Source of the DNA: an uncultured delta proteobacterium
Lineage (GTDB): Bacteria > Desulfobacterota > WTBG01 > CAIYCZ01 > CAIRTM01
DNA: 64,000 nucleotides
Reading direction: 5' to 3'
Assembly (NCBI GenBank): GCA_963804955.1
Contig: CAWDSQ010000010.1
Coordinates: forward strand, 8,570-72,569
Part shown: piece by piece, positions 51,116-61,470 of the stretch
Numbering within the stretch: position 1 is the stretch's first letter
How the letters are laid out: each line of letters opens with the position of its first letter
The notes under the pieces: model-generated
What the model saw: only the letters and a program-made list of their open reading frames with translations
What the model was told of the DNA's origin: nothing
Database searches by the model: none
Program-made: the position numbers and the translations under genes

Positions 51116-51790
51116 ATGAAAACGGTCATCGTCATACCGTCATATAATGAGGAACATGCAATCGGGGAAGTCATTTCTGCATGCCGCGGCGAGGGCTTTG
51201 CGAACATTGTAGCCGTTGATGACGGCAGCACCGATGCCACGGCGGACATGGCCCGCGCGGCAGGAGCAGTTGTTGTGTCGCACCCGGTGAACAGGGGCGT
51301 GGGAGCGGCAACGCAAACGGGGTTTGCGGCAGCGCTCATGATGGGGGCCGATGAAGTGGTCACGATTGACGCCGATGGCCAGCATGATCCCAAAGACATC
51401 GCGCGCCTGCTGCAGCAGCTGCGCACCCGGGGATCCGATATCGTCATCGGCTCGCGATTCATGAGCAGCGGCAACCGCATACCGTTCACGCGCCGCATCT
51501 TCAATATCACGGCAAACTGCATTACCTTCCTGCTGAGCGGCTCATACTTCAGCGATACCCAGTCGGGGCTGAAGGCTTTTTCAAAAAAAGCCCTTGCCTG
51601 CATCCATATAAACTCCAGCGGCTTTGAGTTCAGCAGCGAAATTATTCGCGAGGCGCGCCAGTTCAAGCTTCGTATCGATGAAATACCCGCGGGCGTGATC
51701 TACAGCCCGTACTCTCTGTCCAAGGGCCAGAATTTAGCCACCGGCCTTACCACGGTTTTTAAGCTGGTGATTCGAACCTTAATGAGGTGA
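51116..51790 (+). CDS. GT2 glycosyltransferase
   Basis: VIPSYNEE, VDDGSTDAT, TIDADGQHDP and DTQSGLKAF motifs. Confidence 0.9.
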   Translation: MKTVIVIPSYNEEHAIGEVISACRGEGFANIVAVDDGSTDATADMARAAGAVVVSHPVNRGVGAATQTGFAAALMMGADEVVTIDADGQHDPKDIARLLQQLRTRGSDIVIGSRFMSSGNRIPFTRRIFNITANCITFLLSGSYFSDTQSGLKAFSKKALACIHINSSGFEFSSEIIREARQFKLRIDEIPAGVIYSPYSLSKGQNLATGLTTVFKLVIRTLMR

Positions 51791-52194
51791 CGGCCATGGA
51801 TTTTTCGATGTATAAACTGCTCGTGCCGCTGTTTGCCGTTTGTATGATTGCCAAAGCCGTCTCCCGTTTCAGGCGGCATCAGCGCACCGTCCGGGAGCTG
51901 GTTGTCTGGATCATCATCTGGTCGGGCATTTCTTTCGCCGCCCTGTTCCCGGATTTTACCATGTACTGGTTTTCAGTCCTGACAGGCATTAAAAGCGGAT
52001 TTTATGCCATCATTTTTTTCATGCTCGTGCTGCTGTCCTACGGCTATCTGACCCTGTTCGTCAAGCTGGAAGACATGGAGCGCATGCTCACCGAGCTGGT
52101 GCGCAAGCTCGCCCTGCGCGAGCTGCAGCAGAACATGCCGGAAAATTCCGGGGAGCGGACGCAGCCCCCGCCTGGTCCGGCACAGGGCGCATGA
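51787..52194 (+). CDS. DUF2304-like membrane protein
   Basis: Three TM helices and C-terminal LTELVRKLAL, directly after a GT2 gene. Confidence 0.7.
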   Translation: MTAMDFSMYKLLVPLFAVCMIAKAVSRFRRHQRTVRELVVWIIIWSGISFAALFPDFTMYWFSVLTGIKSGFYAIIFFMLVLLSYGYLTLFVKLEDMERMLTELVRKLALRELQQNMPENSGERTQPPPGPAQGA

Positions 52195-53303
52195 ATATCC
52201 TGCTGCTGTTTGATCATTATCACCCGTATGTCGGCGGCGCTGAAATAGTGAATCGCGCCGTGGCTGAATATCTTGCCCCGCGCCATAGCGTAACGGTTCT
52301 GTCAAACGGCTTTGCCGGCTCGGGCCCGGTCCATCAGAGGGTCAATAATGTGGCTGTCTACCGGCCCCTGCGCTCGCCGCGGCTCCTGCACGGCCTGGCC
52401 GCTTTCTGCGCCGGAGGCAGGCTTGCCCGGCAGGCCGATGTCATCCTGTGCGCCACCTATGCTTCAGGTGTTGCCGGCCGGCTGCTGGCCCGCGCCTATA
52501 AAAAGCCCGCCGTGCTGCTTGTTCATGAAGTGCTTGACGAGCACTGGGCCATGTTCAGTTCTACCCCGCGGCTGTATCGCCTGTTTGAAAAGCTCGTCGT
52601 CACCCGGCCTTTTGAGCGGCATATCGCCGTGAGCGATTTTACCCGCAGGAAACTGCTTGAGCGCGGCGTTCCGCCGGAGCGCATTACCGTCATCTATAAC
52701 GGCCTGGACAATGAATTGTTTGCGCCCCGGCCGGTCAATCACGAGCTTCGCCGAAGGCTTGCCGGCGATGCCGATTTTGTGTATCTTTTTTATGGCAGGC
52801 CCGGCGGCTCGAAAGGCCTGCCGTTTTTGCTGCAGGCCCTGCCCGCTGTTGTGCAGGCCCTGCCGCGCAGCAGGGCCGTGCTGCTGCTGAGCCCTGAGCC
52901 GGCCAGGGAGTATGCTGCCGCTCTTGAGATGGTCAAGCGCCTCGGCCTTGGCCCCCATGTGACGGTTCATCCGCCGGTGCCGCGCCGGGAGCTGCCCGAT
53001 TATATCAACTGCGCCGATGCCGTGGTGGTGCCGTCGCTGTCGGAAGGCTTCGGCTTTACTGCAGTGGAGAGCTGCGCTTTGGGCAAAACGGTCGTGGCAA
53101 CCGATACGGGCTCGCTGCCGGAGGTGGTTTCCGGACGGATTGTTTTTGTCAAAAAGGCCGACAGCGAAGCCCTCGCCAGGGGGATTATCGACGCGTTCCA
53201 TGGCCGGTGGCAGCTCATACCCGAAAAGCGTTTCAGCTGGAGCGACAGCCTGCCCCGGTATGAAGCCGTTCTTGAGCAGGCCGCTGCAGGCCGCTTATCA
53301 TGA
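52191..53303 (+). CDS. GT4 glycosyltransferase
   Basis: YHPYVGGAE, VIYNGLD, PSLSEGFGFTAVES and GSLPEVV motifs. Confidence 0.9.
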   Translation: MNILLLFDHYHPYVGGAEIVNRAVAEYLAPRHSVTVLSNGFAGSGPVHQRVNNVAVYRPLRSPRLLHGLAAFCAGGRLARQADVILCATYASGVAGRLLARAYKKPAVLLVHEVLDEHWAMFSSTPRLYRLFEKLVVTRPFERHIAVSDFTRRKLLERGVPPERITVIYNGLDNELFAPRPVNHELRRRLAGDADFVYLFYGRPGGSKGLPFLLQALPAVVQALPRSRAVLLLSPEPAREYAAALEMVKRLGLGPHVTVHPPVPRRELPDYINCADAVVVPSLSEGFGFTAVESCALGKTVVATDTGSLPEVVSGRIVFVKKADSEALARGIIDAFHGRWQLIPEKRFSWSDSLPRYEAVLEQAAAGRLS

Positions 53304-53339
53304 AATATACCGCAAATCTAAAACAGGGAAGGACAGCAT

Positions 53340-53687
53340 ATGGACCATGAGGTACAGGATTTTTTTAAAGAGTTCATGCAGGCTAACCAGAAGGCGGCCA
53401 AACATATCCCCGACACGTTTAAGGCCTTCATGGGCCTGCATGAAAGCATCATCACGGACGGCGCGCTCAGCAAGAAGCAGAAGGAGCTGGTGGCCGTCGG
53501 CATCGCCGTAGCCACGCACTGCAAACCCTGCATCTATCTGCACACGCAGGCAGCAGTTCAGGCAGGAGCCACGGTCAAGGAAATTTTCGAGGCAGCCTCA
53601 GTTGCCGTGCTGATGGGCGGCGGCCCGGCATTTGCCCATGTGCAGGAAATTGTCAAGGTTTTTGACGCCCTCGGCGTGGAGTATTAG
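53340..53687 (+). CDS. Carboxymuconolactone decarboxylase/AhpD-family protein
   Basis: GALSKKQKELVAVGIAVATHCKPCIYLH motif. Confidence 0.9.
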   Translation: MDHEVQDFFKEFMQANQKAAKHIPDTFKAFMGLHESIITDGALSKKQKELVAVGIAVATHCKPCIYLHTQAAVQAGATVKEIFEAASVAVLMGGGPAFAHVQEIVKVFDALGVEY

Positions 53688-53723
53688 AGCAGGTAACATT
53701 TTTTTATAGCCGCTGCATAAAGA

Positions 53724-53840
53724 CGTTCATGGTGGGGCCTGAGCTTGACGAAGGGTCGAGCCATGAACGTCTTGTATTTCTGGCATGTATCCGTTCCAAC
53801 CTTCGATCCTTCGACAGGCTCAGGATGCAGGGCGAACGGA
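53724..53840. repeat. Pair of REP-like palindromes
   Basis: GTTCATGG...CCTGAGCTTGACGAAGG...CCATGAAC and CCGTTC...CTTCGACAGGCTCAGG...GAACGG. Confidence 0.55.
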
Positions 53841-53993
53841 TAAAGGGTTCGTTGTGAGATATTTATGCGGGCTTACAATATTTAGTTAAATGCTCTAGTG
53901 GATCATCACATTTGAAATTATCAATTGCGACCACCCTCCCCTTAATCGCCTCCTCTCAAGGGAGGGGAAAATTATTGGCGCCCTCTCCCTTGG

Positions 53994-54134
53994 GAGACTG
54001 TGTTGCAATTGATTTATTAATGTCATTTCGAATCCGCCGCAGGCGGTGAGAAATCTTAAGCCCTTGATTTTACTTACTACAAAGATCTCTCCCTTCGGTC
54101 GAGATGACAGCAAAGTTAATTGCAACACAGTCTC
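53994..54134. mobile_element. MITE, family C, copy 1 (141 bp)
   Basis: Perfect 17-bp TIRs GAGACTGTGTTGCAATT / AATTGCAACACAGTCTC with a 3-bp TGG duplication. Near-identical copy at 62356-62520. Confidence 0.85.
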
Positions 54135-54346
54135 TGGTGGGAGTGGGTCGGGGTAGGGGGACCAGCAAAATCAAATGTGAAGGCCCACTAGTAGGCCGTG
54201 ACATTTCAAATTATTGGTTGTTGACACTTTGTAGGAGCGCATGTATGCGTGATTGTTTCGCGGCTGAAGCCGCTCCTACAGGTAAAAACTGACAATTTGA
54301 AATGTTATAGCCCACTAGCCTGCTCAGGGCTGCACCGGCATCGAGC

Positions 54347-55453
54347 TTACGCCGCGGTAAGGCCGCTGAAAAATTCTTCGCAGAACTGCCGGTACCCGTC
54401 CTGCAGTATGGCCTGCCGCAGCCGGCGGCACAGGTCAAGATAGTAGGTGATATTGTGGACGGTCATGAGAATAAGGGCCGTGATTTCACCGGCCATGTAG
54501 AGATGGCGGATATAGCTGCGGGTAAAATTGCGGCAGGCATAGCAGGAGCAGGCTGCATCAAGCGGCGTGAAGTCGTCTTTATAGCAGGCGTTTTTGATGC
54601 GAAGTTTGCCATGGGAGCAGAAGCACAGCCCGTTGCGGGCGCAGCGCGTGGGCAGCACGCAGTCAAACATGTCGACGCCATAGCCGACGGCCCGCACGAT
54701 ATCTTCAGGGGTCCCGACGCCCATGAGGTAGCGGGGCTTTTCCCGGGGCAGCGCCAGCGCAGTCTTTTCGATAACCGGATAGGCATCCGTCATCACCTCG
54801 CCGACTGAAAACCCGCCCAGCGCATAGCCCGGCAAATCAAGCTGAACAAGGCCCTCGGCGCTTTGCAGCCGCAGGTCGGCATGCAGGCCTCCCTGCACAA
54901 TGCCAAACAGCGACGACTGCGGCGATGACCAGGCCTCCCGCGACCTTTCTGCCCAGAGAAGGCTGCGGTTCACAGCGCGGCCGATATGCGCTTTGTCAGC
55001 TGTTGCCGGGGGGCATTCGTCCAGCTGCATCATGATATCAACGCCGAAGCCTTCCTGGAGCTTTACCACGCTTTCGGGCGTGAAGGTGAAGAGCGAGCCG
55101 TCGATATGGGATTTGAAGGTCACGGCCTCATCGGTGAGCTTGCGCAGATCGGCCAGCGAGTACACCTGGAATCCGCCGGAATCCGTCAGTATGGGCCGCT
55201 GCCAGCCGGTAAAGCGGTGCAGGCCGCCTGCTTTTTCAAGCAGGTCAAGCCCCGGCCTGAGAAAAAGATGATAGGTGTTGTTCAGGATAATCCGCGCATC
55301 CGTATCCTCCATATCGCGCATGGTCATGGCCTTGACCGTTCCCTGCGTGCCCACGGGCATGAAAACCGGCGTGGGCACCTCGCCGTGCGGAAGGCTCAGC
55401 ATGCCTGCCCGGGCTTCAGAGTGCGCATCAGAATGTTCAACGGTAAAACGCAT
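54347..55453 (-). CDS. tgt: Queuine tRNA-ribosyltransferase
   Basis: TPVFMPVGT, LTDSGGFQV, GIVQGG, PRYLMGVG, DMFDCVLPTR and CSCYAC motifs. Confidence 0.97.
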   Translation of the reverse strand: MRFTVEHSDAHSEARAGMLSLPHGEVPTPVFMPVGTQGTVKAMTMRDMEDTDARIILNNTYHLFLRPGLDLLEKAGGLHRFTGWQRPILTDSGGFQVYSLADLRKLTDEAVTFKSHIDGSLFTFTPESVVKLQEGFGVDIMMQLDECPPATADKAHIGRAVNRSLLWAERSREAWSSPQSSLFGIVQGGLHADLRLQSAEGLVQLDLPGYALGGFSVGEVMTDAYPVIEKTALALPREKPRYLMGVGTPEDIVRAVGYGVDMFDCVLPTRCARNGLCFCSHGKLRIKNACYKDDFTPLDAACSCYACRNFTRSYIRHLYMAGEITALILMTVHNITYYLDLCRRLRQAILQDGYRQFCEEFFSGLTAA

Positions 55454-55535
55454 AATCCTCCCATGAAAAAGCTGCACCATTGTAATGAAACACGCAGAAA
55501 AGACAAGGTGAAAGAGCCGGCTGCAGCAGGGACAT

Positions 55536-55565
55536 AAAAAAAGCGCTCCTTGTACGGGAGCGCTT
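55536..55565 (-). terminator. Rho-independent terminator after rpe
   Basis: Minus strand AAGCGCTCCCGTACAAGGAGCGC-TTTTTTT. Confidence 0.7.
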
Positions 55566-55591
55566 GTGAGCAGGGCAGTCCTGCCGGCGCC

Positions 55592-56248
55592 TCAGGCTAT
55601 CCGGCGTTTCATTTCAGCAATGGTCTGTGCATAATCCGGGGTCTTGAATATGCCTGATCCCGAAACGAACATATCGGCGCCTGCTGCGCATACTTCCTGT
55701 ATGTTATCGACAACAATGCCGCCGTCGACTTCAATGGCTGTATCGTAGTCGAGGCTGTCAAGCATATCGCGCAGCCGCCGTATTTTATGCAGCATGGCAG
55801 GTATGAACTGCTGGCCGCCGAAGCCGGGGTTGACGGTCATGATGAGAATCATGTCCACATCGTCGAGCACATACTCAATGGCGCTCAGCGGCGTTGCCGG
55901 ATTGAGCGAAACGCCGGCCTTCATGCCGCTGTCGCGTATGGCCCGGAGGGTCCTCTGCAGGTGGTAGCCGGTTTCGGCATGGACGGTGAGTATGCTGCTG
56001 CCTGCCCGGGCGAATGCGTCGATATAGGCATCGGCGTTTTCAATCATCAGGTGAACGTCAAGGGGCACATCGGTCACGCGCCGGGCCGCCTCGACCACAA
56101 GGGGCCCGATGGTAATGTTCGGTACGAAGTGGCCGTCCATCACATCGATATGGATATAGTCGGCGCCTGCAGCGGCTACGGCCCTGATTTCGTCGCCCAG
56201 CCGTGAAAAGTCAGCAGAGAGAATCGATGGGGAAATCGCCTTCTTCAT
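55592..56248 (-). CDS. rpe: Ribulose-phosphate 3-epimerase
   Basis: SPSILSADF, HIDVMDGHFVPNIT, MTVNPGFGGQ and EVDGG motifs. Confidence 0.97.
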   Translation of the reverse strand: MKKAISPSILSADFSRLGDEIRAVAAAGADYIHIDVMDGHFVPNITIGPLVVEAARRVTDVPLDVHLMIENADAYIDAFARAGSSILTVHAETGYHLQRTLRAIRDSGMKAGVSLNPATPLSAIEYVLDDVDMILIMTVNPGFGGQQFIPAMLHKIRRLRDMLDSLDYDTAIEVDGGIVVDNIQEVCAAGADMFVSGSGIFKTPDYAQTIAEMKRRIA

Positions 56249-56825
56249 TTTCAGACTCCTTGCGTGGTGCATTTTTTCGCAAATCGACACAGGCATGCGC
56301 ACAGGGCTTGCGCTTGTGCGGCACAACCCCCTCGCTTACCATGACCGTGAAGCTCAACAGTTCGGAGGCGCCGTCAACAGCCTGCAGGTCAAGCTTCAGC
56401 GTGTACTGCCCGGGCCAGGGCGGCAGAAATTCCAGCAGCACGGCATCGCAGATACAGCGCGTATCAGTGCGCCGCTTTAATTTCGGGCTCTGGTACCAGC
56501 AGGCTCCGTAAAACTCGGTCATGGAGCGCTCTTCAGCGTACAGCTCCTGGCCGCTGCCGGTTTCAATGCTCAGCCGGTAGCGGTGCAGCTTGTCGTCGAA
56601 ATGACCGATGGGCTCCTTCCATTTGAAAACGGTGCGCACGCGGCACCATTTTTTATTGGTCGTCAAGGAAAACTGCCGGTCGACACCTATGCGGGCTCCG
56701 TGCCGCGAAACAGCAGCCTCAAGAACCGGCTTACCCGCTTCTTTCTGCTTTTTTGTTCGAACATAGCTGTAGGCCGCTCCTGCGGGGAACAAAAGGCAGA
56801 GAAAAATGATGACGGCAAGTTCCAT
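56211..56825 (-). CDS. Hypothetical membrane-anchored protein
   Basis: N-terminal TM helix; overlaps the rpe start. Confidence 0.55.
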   Translation of the reverse strand: MELAVIIFLCLLFPAGAAYSYVRTKKQKEAGKPVLEAAVSRHGARIGVDRQFSLTTNKKWCRVRTVFKWKEPIGHFDDKLHRYRLSIETGSGQELYAEERSMTEFYGACWYQSPKLKRRTDTRCICDAVLLEFLPPWPGQYTLKLDLQAVDGASELLSFTVMVSEGVVPHKRKPCAHACVDLRKNAPRKESENEEGDFPIDSLC

Positions 56826-57218
56826 GCAAAAATCCCTCGACAGTGCTTAGAGGAGAAGGGCTTATTCTGCCACGAAATCGTCTGTGGCAAAGCGCTCTGC
56901 CGCAGTTTAAAACAACAAACAAGACGATACGGCTGATACAGGTGGCTTACCGGCGCATGCAAAAAAACCGTAAGTCTCTCTGTGACGGCGGGCCCGTCAG
57001 AACTTCACGGCACGGAATTTCCCACTGTTTCCACTTCAAAATTCTACAAAATAATGTGCTGTTTGTCAATCCGCAACACCACATCCGGGGACTGCCGCAA
57101 CAGATTACCAAAATGTAATCTCTGTGTCAGCCTGCTGTCAGAATCAAAAGGCTATAGTGCAGGTATAAGCTCGGAAAAAGACCGGGCATAACATGCAGGG
57201 CTTACTAAGGAGTCTATC

Positions 57219-57386
57219 ATGGAAAAAGCATTAAACATTCTGGTTGTTACCCTTATTGCCGCCGCTGTGCTGCAGATCGCGGGAGTAAATTTCCTGACGC
57301 GGGGCTACAGCACTGTTCCGCTGCTTCAGTCTGCCGACTGGTCGGCCTTTGCCGCAGCGTCAAGCATGATCCCGCTTCTGTTCTAA
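57219..57386 (+). CDS. 55-aa hydrophobic small protein (below the ORF-track cutoff)
   Basis: TAAGGAG RBS at 57206; translation MEKALNILVVTLIAAAVLQIAGVNFLTRGYSTVPLLQSADWSAFAAASSMIPLLF. Confidence 0.5.
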   Translation: MEKALNILVVTLIAAAVLQIAGVNFLTRGYSTVPLLQSADWSAFAAASSMIPLLF

Positions 57387-57511
57387 AGCGGGCCTGCAGC
57401 ATGGGCGTTGACCTTCCTGCTGTTTGAGGGTACAATTATTTTTATTTATAAGGTTATAGCCGCCTTGATTGTGCCTGATGAAAAATTCCAATGTTAAAGG
57501 AGGCCTTGTTT

Positions 57512-58114
57512 ATGAAAAAAATATTTTTCATCGTTGCAGGGCTGTTGTGCGCTCTTGCCTGTTCTGTACAGTCCTTCGCCCTGGAACCAGTCCCTGAGAA
57601 AACCCTTATCCTCTACTATTCCCGCACGGGCAATACAAAAGCCGCCTGCGAGGCACTGGCAAAAGCCATGGGCGCCGACAGTATCGAGGTGAAGGACCTG
57701 AGCGGCCGCTCCGGCGGCTGGGGCTTCTTCACGGGCACCATGAACGCCCTTCTTAATATGCAGACGGGCATCGAGCCGGAGCATCCCGATCTTGCCCCCT
57801 ATACCCGCGTCATTGTCGCTTCACCCATCTGGGCCGGAAGCCTGTCAGCCGCCAGCCGCACGAGTATTGCCCGCAACCGGTTTGACGGTAAAAAAGTGCT
57901 TGTCTTTTCAACCTCCAATGTGCTTGAAAAAAAGGCCCAGCTTGAAAAGGCCCGGGCTCTTGTTGAAAAAGCCGGAGGCGTGTACTGCGGCCATTTTCAG
58001 ATCGCCGTGACAGAGAAGGTCGACGGCAGAAAAACGGAGAAGGGGGCAGCGCGTATCGTGCAGGAAACAACAGCGCTCACGCCCGATATGGAGAAAGCGT
58101 TTGCCCGCCCGTGA
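57512..58114 (+). CDS. Exported flavodoxin-like protein
   Basis: AAGGAGG RBS, signal peptide, YYSRTGNT FMN loop, ASPIWAG. Confidence 0.85.
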   Translation: MKKIFFIVAGLLCALACSVQSFALEPVPEKTLILYYSRTGNTKAACEALAKAMGADSIEVKDLSGRSGGWGFFTGTMNALLNMQTGIEPEHPDLAPYTRVIVASPIWAGSLSAASRTSIARNRFDGKKVLVFSTSNVLEKKAQLEKARALVEKAGGVYCGHFQIAVTEKVDGRKTEKGAARIVQETTALTPDMEKAFARP

Positions 58115-58248
58115 GTCCAGCCGGCTGTTGACTTTTTCAAAACCCTGTTAGAGCCGGCATGGCGGGGCACTGTCAATTCGATCTGCTCAAAAAATACATT
58201 TGATAATGCCCTGGCTGACCGCAGTCCGGGCATTTTTTTACCGCAGGT

Positions 58249-58932
58249 TCAGCCCTGCCGGGCTTCCATGGTTTTCAGCAGATTCAGGCTTGCCTTGCGG
58301 ATATGTTCGACGGTGATGCTCTCGGCCCTGTCGCCGTCGCGCTCCCGGATGGCCTGCAGAATGGCCTTGTGCTCTTCAAGCGCCAGCTGCGCGCGGCCGG
58401 GGGCTGCAATGGACTGGCTGCGGGCGCGCTGGATATAGTGGTGGAATGTGTGCAGCATGTACTGCAGGGGCCTGCTTTTTGACGCGCGGTACAGTATCTG
58501 GTGAAAGTTCGAGTCAAGGCTCATGAGCCTGCCGATATCTCCCTTTGACGTATAAAACTCCTCCAAATCGATGGCCTCCTGCAGCTCCCGAAGCTCCTCG
58601 TCGCCGATGTTTTCGGCTGCCCAGCGCGCTGCCAGCCCCTCGATCATCATGCGGATGGCGTATATGTCCTGAATATCTTTTTGTGAAATACCCGTGACCA
58701 CAGCGCCCTTGTTGGGCACAAGCTGCACCAGTCCTTCATGCTCGAGCTGGGTGAGGGCCTCGCGGACGGGCGTGCGGCTTACGCCGAGCTCACCGGCAAG
58801 GCGCGACTCGGTTAGGCTTTCCCCCGGCGCATAGTTGCCGTTTAATACCGCCTCTTCAATAATGGCAAACACCCTGCGCCGCAGCCCGGCGGTGTCAGTG
58901 TCCGATGTTTTTTTAAATGTGGGGTCCTGCAT
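58249..58932 (-). CDS. GntR/FadR-family regulator (FCD domain)
   Basis: LAGELGVSRTPVREAL, DSNFHQ and EEHKAIL motifs. Confidence 0.93.
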   Translation of the reverse strand: MQDPTFKKTSDTDTAGLRRRVFAIIEEAVLNGNYAPGESLTESRLAGELGVSRTPVREALTQLEHEGLVQLVPNKGAVVTGISQKDIQDIYAIRMMIEGLAARWAAENIGDEELRELQEAIDLEEFYTSKGDIGRLMSLDSNFHQILYRASKSRPLQYMLHTFHHYIQRARSQSIAAPGRAQLALEEHKAILQAIRERDGDRAESITVEHIRKASLNLLKTMEARQG

Positions 58933-58987
58933 GAGTCATTACACACAAAATTAGAGTAGGGGCTCAAAATTTTGAGCCCCTACGGCA

Positions 58988-59987
58988 TTATGTCATCTTC
59001 GCAATAACCGCATCGGCATAGCCGCTGGTCGAAGCCCTGCCCCCGAGATCAGCGGTCACATCACGGCCTTCTTTGAGCACCCCGGCAATGGCGGCTTCAA
59101 CCCTGTCTGCGGCTTTGCTCTCATCTATATGCCGCAGCATGAGCACTGCTGAAAGGAGCATGGCTGTGGGGTTTGCCATGTTTTTGCCTGCAAGGTCAGG
59201 CGCGCTGCCATGCACGGGCTCGAACAGCGCCAGACCCTTGCCGATATTAACCCCGGGCGCCACGCCAAGGCCTCCCACAAGGCCTGAGCAGAGGTCCGAT
59301 ACGATATCGCCATAGAGATTGGGCAGAACCAGAACATCATACTGCTCCGGGCTCTGGACCAGCTTCATGCACAGGGCATCCACGAGCATGTCTTCAAACT
59401 CGATTGCGGGATACTCCGGCGCCACGGCCCGGGCCACGCTGAGGAACAGGCCGTCGGTGCATTTCATGATATTTGCCTTGTGCACGGCCGTCACCTTGCG
59501 CCGCTTTTCCCGCACGGCATAGTCAAAGGCATAGCGCACAATGCGCTCAGAGCCCTTGCGCGTAATTATTTTTATGCTCTCGGCAGCATCGTCGCCCACC
59601 ATATGCTCGATGCCGGCATACAGGTCCTCGGTGTTTTCGCGCACGATGACCAGGTCGATATCGCTGTAGCGCGATGCTATGCCTGCATAGGTTTTGCAGG
59701 GCCGCACATTGGCATACAGGTCGAGCTCTTTGCGCAGCGACACATTGACGCTTCTGAAGCCCGTTCCCACGGGCGTGGTGATGGGGCCCTTCAGAGCCAC
59801 GCGGTTTTTCCTGATCGATTCGAGCACTGCCGCCGGCAGGGGCGTTCCGCACCGGTCTATGACGCCCGCTCCTGCGTTCTGCTCGTCCCAGGCAATAGCA
59901 CACGCCCGTTGCCTCAATCACCCGGCGGGTGGCTGCGGCAACTTCGGGCCCGATGCCGTCGCCGGGAATCAGTGTTATGGTATGCAT
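58988..59987 (-). CDS. Isocitrate/isopropylmalate dehydrogenase family, probably NAD-dependent isocitrate dehydrogenase; frameshift near 59905
   Basis: [53 protein letters not shown] and EPVHGSAPD motifs. Confidence 0.88.
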
Positions 59988-60014
59988 AGCTGTCCAGTGT
60001 CTCCTTTTCCGGGT

Positions 60015-61403
60015 TCAAGCGTAGTTTTTCAGATGATCGTAGAATTCGGGATCAATGTTTTTAAGCGCCTCTTCCAGCTCGTCGTCGCCGATGGCCGTGA
60101 CGCGCTCACGGGCATACTGCTGGTCGACCCAGTCCTTGAGCGCCACGATGACGGCATGCTTCTTGTCGATCCGGCAGGCGCCTTCGAGGGCAAAGTGGTC
60201 ATTGATCCAGTGCGCGATGCCGGCAACGCCCGAGTGGGCATTAACGGTCACGGCGACAGGGCGATTGAGTATCTTGTCGGTATTGAAGATATTGTAGATC
60301 TCCTCGTCCTTCAGCAGTCCGTCGGCATGGATGCCCGCCTGCGTGGTGTTGAATTTTTTGCCCACAAACGGCGTCATGGGCGGAATATCGTAGCCAAGCT
60401 CCTTCTCGTAATAGTTGGCGATTTCGGTAATCGCCGTCAGGTCCATATCTTCGGTGGTGCCGCGCAGCTGGGCATACTCGATCACCATGGCTTCAAGGGG
60501 CGTATTGCCCGTGCGCTCGCCGATGCCGAGCAGCGAGCAGTTAACGGCCGATGCGCCGTACATCCAGGCTGTTGCCGCATTGGTAACGGCTTTGTAAAAA
60601 TCATTGTGCCCGTGCCACTCGATAAGAGCGCTCGGGAAACCGGCATGGAAATACAGGCCGTAGATGATGCCGGGCACGCTGCGGGGCAGGGCCGCGCCGG
60701 GATAGCAGATGCCGTAGCCCATGGTGTCGCAGGCCCGTATTTTTATGGGTATGCCGCTCTCATCCATCAGGTCGCGCAGCTTGAGGGCAAAGGGCACCAC
60801 AAAGCCGTAAAAATCCGCGCGCGTTATGTCCTCGAAATGGCACCGGGGCCGCACGCCGATATCAAGGGCCGCCTTCACGATGTCGAGGTACTGCTCCATG
60901 GCGCGCTTGCGGCTGGTCTGGAGCTTTTTGAAGATATGGTAGTCGGAGCAGCTCACCAGTATTCCCGTCTCCTTGATGCCCATCTCCTTCACGAGCTTGA
61001 AGTCGTTCTTGGTGGCCCGGATCCAGCTGGTCACTTCCGGAAACCGGTAGCCCCGCTCCTGGCACTGGCGCACGGCCTGCTTGTCTTTGTCGCTGTAGAT
61101 GAAAAATTCGCTCTGCCGGATAATGCCCTTGGGCCCGCCCAGCTTGTGCAGCAGGTCGTACAGGGTCACGATCTGCTCGACCGTGTAGGGCGCGCGGGCC
61201 TGCTGGCCGTCGCGGAAGGTGGTGTCGCTTATCCAGAGGTCATCGGGGCATGACATGGGCACCCGCATATGGTTGAACGGAATTTTCGGTATCTCATCAT
61301 AGCTGTACAGCTCCCGGTACAGGTTCGGGTCGCGCACATCCTGCAGGGTGTATTTAAAATTGGTGTGGATCAGCGTATTGGTTTTTCTGCTGAATCTAAG
61401 CAT
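60015..61403 (-). CDS. Re-citrate synthase-like DRE-TIM metallolyase
   Basis: DTTFRDGQQAR, TSWIRA, RCHFEDITRAD, EWHGHNDF and GERTGN motifs; co-oriented with isocitrate dehydrogenase. Confidence 0.85.
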   Translation of the reverse strand: MLRFSRKTNTLIHTNFKYTLQDVRDPNLYRELYSYDEIPKIPFNHMRVPMSCPDDLWISDTTFRDGQQARAPYTVEQIVTLYDLLHKLGGPKGIIRQSEFFIYSDKDKQAVRQCQERGYRFPEVTSWIRATKNDFKLVKEMGIKETGILVSCSDYHIFKKLQTSRKRAMEQYLDIVKAALDIGVRPRCHFEDITRADFYGFVVPFALKLRDLMDESGIPIKIRACDTMGYGICYPGAALPRSVPGIIYGLYFHAGFPSALIEWHGHNDFYKAVTNAATAWMYGASAVNCSLLGIGERTGNTPLEAMVIEYAQLRGTTEDMDLTAITEIANYYEKELGYDIPPMTPFVGKKFNTTQAGIHADGLLKDEEIYNIFNTDKILNRPVAVTVNAHSGVAGIAHWINDHFALEGACRIDKKHAVIVALKDWVDQQYARERVTAIGDDELEEALKNIDPEFYDHLKNYA

Positions 61404-61442
61404 GGCCGTTTACCTCCGTTGCGATTTTTGTATGTGTGTATA

Positions 61443-61470
61443 ATTGTATACAAGTATTCAAGGTTGTCAA
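61443..61470 (-). promoter_or_regulatory. Sigma70-type promoter overlapped by a GntR/FadR-type operator
   Basis: Minus-strand TTGACA (61470-61465)-N16-TACAAT (61448-61443); palindrome TTGTATACAA at 61444-61453. Confidence 0.7.

Noticed and set aside
53895..54128. Similar ORFs at 53895-54128 and 62152-62499 as a duplicated small gene
   Set aside because: They are translations of the family C MITE.
59694..61253. 519-aa plus-strand ORF, and the similar 372-1508 ORF
   Set aside because: Antisense shadows of well-supported genes in GC-rich DNA.
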